Shown here one piece after another: positions 60,319 through 64,000 of a stretch of DNA of 64,000 nucleotides. The DNA comes from Hydrolagus affinis (Eukaryota). The stretch's first letter is position 1; each line of letters starts with the position of its first letter. The translations under genes and the position numbers were made by a program. Location of the stretch: assembly GCA_012026655.1 (NCBI GenBank), contig JAAILG010000203.1:62001-126000 (forward strand), given 5' to 3'. The notes beneath the pieces are model-generated. The model was not told the origin of the DNA. It saw only the letters and a program-made list of their open reading frames with translations, and made no database searches.

Positions 60319-63280
60319 TGAAGCCACATCCCTTTGGACACATTCAGATATTGCGAGATTATCACCTCATCTTTACATTTTCCCCTTGCAGATGAACAAA
60401 ATGGGAGCTCTTGTGGCTTTGAAAGACGTCCTCGTAGACATATTACCAATGAGGCTCCCAGTTCCCTTCCCCGCCAGGTCCTTGCTTATACATATTTCAA
60501 AAAAAAAGTTTCATTGCAGTGCCTACTTTTGATAAATGTCTGGCTAACATTCAAACAACCTGAAGGTAAAATTAAAGTCATTGCTCATAACTCTGATGGC
60601 CAAATCCCTATCACGTCTCTTGTTTTGATAGGTGATTGAGATCTGAGGGAGCTCCACAAGTGTTCTGCACCTGCTTACACGCCGCAGCCGGCCAGCTGTT
60701 TTCTCCAAAGAGCCAGGCTTTTCTATTGAATTAAACTGACAGTGGTTGAAAGATGATAGACCCACTCCTGTTCCTCAGGAATTTAACTCATATTAGTACA
60801 TATGTTCACAGGGAAAGACAGGAACATTGCCCTCATCCTTCTTAAGTGTGATCACAAGTGCGGTGGGGGTTGGGCGTGGGGGGAAGAAAATCTGTAGAGG
60901 TATTGCTGGGTGTCGCTGTTGCTGACCTAAGCAGATTTTTTCCAATGCTTTGATTAATGACATTTCTGAAGAAGGAAGCCTGGTTATTCTTTCCAGTCGA
61001 AGACTTTCTACATATTTAAAGGCACTCAGAGTAGAAGAACATCTAGCAGTAGTTTCAACTGTAATACCTATTATTGGTAGATGCACGATATTGAAAAGCT
61101 TTGTAATATTGTAGTATTGTGTCTATACTGTATGTTTAGAAATGCAATGTGCGAGTAATTCACCACCAAGTATGTTGCCTAAATGCGTGGCTTTCACTAT
61201 GAACTGCTTCTGAAACTATCTCCTTGAGACAGAGCCAGCATTGGGGGGTTCCAGGATGTTACATAATGTCCTAACGCTGCTTCATATTGAACTGTTGGCA
61301 CTCAAATACTGCTGGAATTGCCATGATTTGCCACAGGTTGTGCAATGTGTACGCTGCTGTTAACTCGGCATTAAATTTTAAGCATAAGGTGGTCATTCAT
61401 TTTTTTTAAAAACGTGGTGTGAAATTTATTGCATTTCAAAGCACTTTCCTCATGATCCTTATGATGGTGAAAACAAGGAGTGTGCTGTGAAGCGCTGCAT
61501 ATTTGATCCCCTTTGTTTCCAACATACATCTATCCTAGTGTATAAAACAAACCAATCCGAACCCACCTCTGAATGCTTAAACGCTCTGGGGTGCTATCCT
61601 ATGTGAGAGTTGTTATACAACTGCAAGCTGTTGTGTGACTTAGCCTATAATATGAATTCCAATTGACCAATTTTTATTTCAGGTCAACGATAGATTTTTA
61701 AAAAATTCTTCTTTAACACAAAACCAAATTCATTAAGGTTGGTTTAAAATCCAATTCCCATTCAGTACAGTCTCTGATGGATTTTGGGTTGCCATTTGCT
61801 TTGACACTTACGAGGTTTTGCAATTCAGATGAATGGTCCGATGGAAAGATTTGCTCCACACTAAAGAGCGGACAAAGTATAAAAGTAAAATCAAATGCCA
61901 AATGTCTGGCAAGGGTTTTAGAACTATTGTTTATATGCACACACACACATACATGCAAACAAATGGGTAAATATGACTCCCCTTTAAGCAGTGAAAGGCT
62001 GGGGTATGCATTAATAACCCAATATACAGCTTGTGTTGGCAACAATCTGAAATCTGTGGTTTGGCTCAGTCCGAGAATTTTTATGGGTTTAAATACATTT
62101 GTACTTCATTGGTTGGATGCTTTTCTGGTTCCACGAAGCCTGGAATGAATGGAGACAGGCAGATGTGGTGAGCCAAAAGACAATAGAATCAGAGTTAACT
62201 TAAATAAAAGAGGGAGGATAACTTGAGGTGTCAGCTGAGGTGACACCTCAAGCTTATTACCTAATTCAAAAGCTGAACAGTTTCTGTACAGACACAAAAT
62301 CATTTGGAATTCTTGGATAAGGTATGCAAAATAAATTTGCTCTCTTCACCTCCACTCTCAAGTTGTTTATTAATGCTGGTGTGTGATTATAGGGATATCA
62401 GTCAGCCTCCAATAGCAGCTCCCTCCAATAGCAGCTCACTCCCATATGAATCTAAAGAGGCAGCAATGAGGGAAAATTAAACTAAGCATATGGTGAGATG
62501 GCTTCTAATGCCAGCAATCTAGGACACCACAATTCAACCTGAGATCAACTAGATCGCTTCATCCACTCCCTGTTGGGTGAGGGGTGTGAGCTACTCAGTT
62601 AATTATGGATTGGGTGGGAGGGGTGCATGTGTGGAGAGTAGGTGTTCACATGTGGAGAGGGGGATATGAAAGCAATATCAATTAGCAAATCGGATGTGTC
62701 AAAAATAAAGTATCAATTTTTTTGCACCACCCCCGATTTCTTGTAACTCATTGGAAACCTTAAAATTAAAATAAACCTCTTGCAGGAATATTCCCTTCCC
62801 TAAATGCGCCCATTATTTTTGTCGTCGGAAAGAGAAGGGCAACAAATACATTGAGTTTAAATTTGAGCCCCCGAAGTAGCTCCCTATAAGCGGTTACAAC
62901 TTTTTTACATTTTTCACAAGTGCCCCCGGGGGAAAGTTTTTTCAGCTGTGACATATTTTCGAATGGCTCCATTGTGGTTCCACAAAGTCCGGGTATAATT
63001 AGTCAGGAAAGGATAGTGAATATGGGAAACAGCACAGTGGGCTCCATTCTCAGAGCCTAAGTGGCTGCACAGCACCCACTTTGTAGCAGTTTCGTTTCCC
63101 TGCAATGTTTGAGTTGTGCACGCCCTGGTAACTAATTACCTCTGTATAACTCGTGGCCCAGGTTGTGGATGCCAACTCTTTAAAGTTCCAAGTCAAGGCC
63201 TGTTATGTTCTAGAAAACTAATGTTATAGTCCGACCTTCTGAAAAGCAACACATACAGTTGGGATAGAGTTATCGTAACT

Positions 63281-63375
63281 AACAATAGTTGCATTTGAAG
63301 TAGCCCCTTCCACATCAGGAGGATGTATCAAAGATCTTCGCTGAATTTCCTGTAAGGTGTAGTGACTGTGTATCT
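63281..63375 (-). mobile_element. Older SINE/L2-type tail
   Basis: gttgcatttgaagtagccccttccacatcaggaggatgtatcaaag...ctgtaaggtgtagtgactgtgtat. Confidence 0.65.
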
Positions 63376-64000
63376 TTAAATGTTAAACTGAAAACAGTAA
63401 ATGTTGGAAAATCCTTACAAGTCAGTATTTCTATGAAAAGATGAATGATGGTTTAGGAGAGGCCATTTAGCAGAACTGAAACAGCAGGCTGGCTTTCGAG
63501 AAAATGCCTTTTATATGGGCGGTGGGAGGTAAAGAGGAACAGGCCAAGAGAAAAAAGAGAGACATGAGGAACAAGTTGAAGAATGGTTAAACACACAAAA
63601 ATAACCCACGAGCCATTAATTTTAATTTTATAAAAGAATGGAAAAGATAAAAATGTAATTACACGGTGCCATTCATCTCGGATAACACCCGGAGTGCGTC
63701 CCACCGAGCCGTAAGGATGCATTCAAATTGCAATCCAACTCGGTCAAAAGTGAGAGAGAAGAATGGTGGCTATAAAATGGAATGACGAGTTTTCTGGCAG
63801 TACTTGAACGTATTCCTGAGTGTGTGTTGTCGCTGGAGCTTGAGATGTGTGGCAGAATGATTGCACATTAACACCTGCGTCTGACTTGGATTCGGATGCT
63901 TTTACAAGTTCTTGCAGATCAAAGAAATCCTGTTGCCAATGGGTTGAGAATCAAGTTATAGAGCAGGCTTAGAGTAAGTGATCGAACAATTTAGTATTCC

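Noticed and set aside
62406-62437. 16-bp tandem duplication cctccaatagcagctc x2
   Set aside because: An ordinary slippage duplication with no further structure.
62708-62734. Mariner-TIR-like caatttttttgcaccacccc
   Set aside because: Only a partial resemblance, with no partner TIR or TA target duplication found.
63507-63518. CArG box in ccttttatatgg
   Set aside because: It has eight A/T bases between CC and GG; SRF sites need six.
1-64000. The remaining 60-130 aa ORFs in the six-frame track, and any prokaryote-style system
   Set aside because: Many are translations of SINE copies (SQFTLQYIL, YSVKRFETSRRREK) or start at non-ATG codons. None shows a recognisable domain, and there is no operon-like organisation.

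Overview
This is AT-rich, CpG-poor eukaryotic non-coding DNA (intronic or intergenic). I can identify no protein-coding gene, rRNA, true tRNA or CRISPR array, and nothing prokaryotic. The repeats point to a cartilaginous fish, possibly a chimaera such as Callorhinchus; this is inferred from remembered repeat families, not from a search. Main content: (1) about 25 full or partial copies of one tRNA-derived SINE with an L2-type 3' tail ending in (TTA)n; (2) older Deu-domain SINE relics; (3) L2 and CR1 LINE fragments, including about ten L2 insertions of only 30-80 bp; (4) one non-autonomous hAT/Charlie-type DNA transposon with TIRs, an 8-bp TSD and a nested L2; (5) a 12-bp minisatellite; (6) a 100-N assembly gap; (7) several repeat-free, motif-rich blocks that may be conserved non-coding elements. 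The most notable observations are a SINE whose middle was replaced by a copy of the neighbouring transposon end, an apparent CORE/Deu hybrid structure for the dominant SINE, several unexplained hairpins, a 245-codon orphan ORF, and weak phase-1 exon candidates on the + strand. I found no convincing new multi-gene system. All coordinates were read by eye, and repeat edges may be off by about 5-15 bp.
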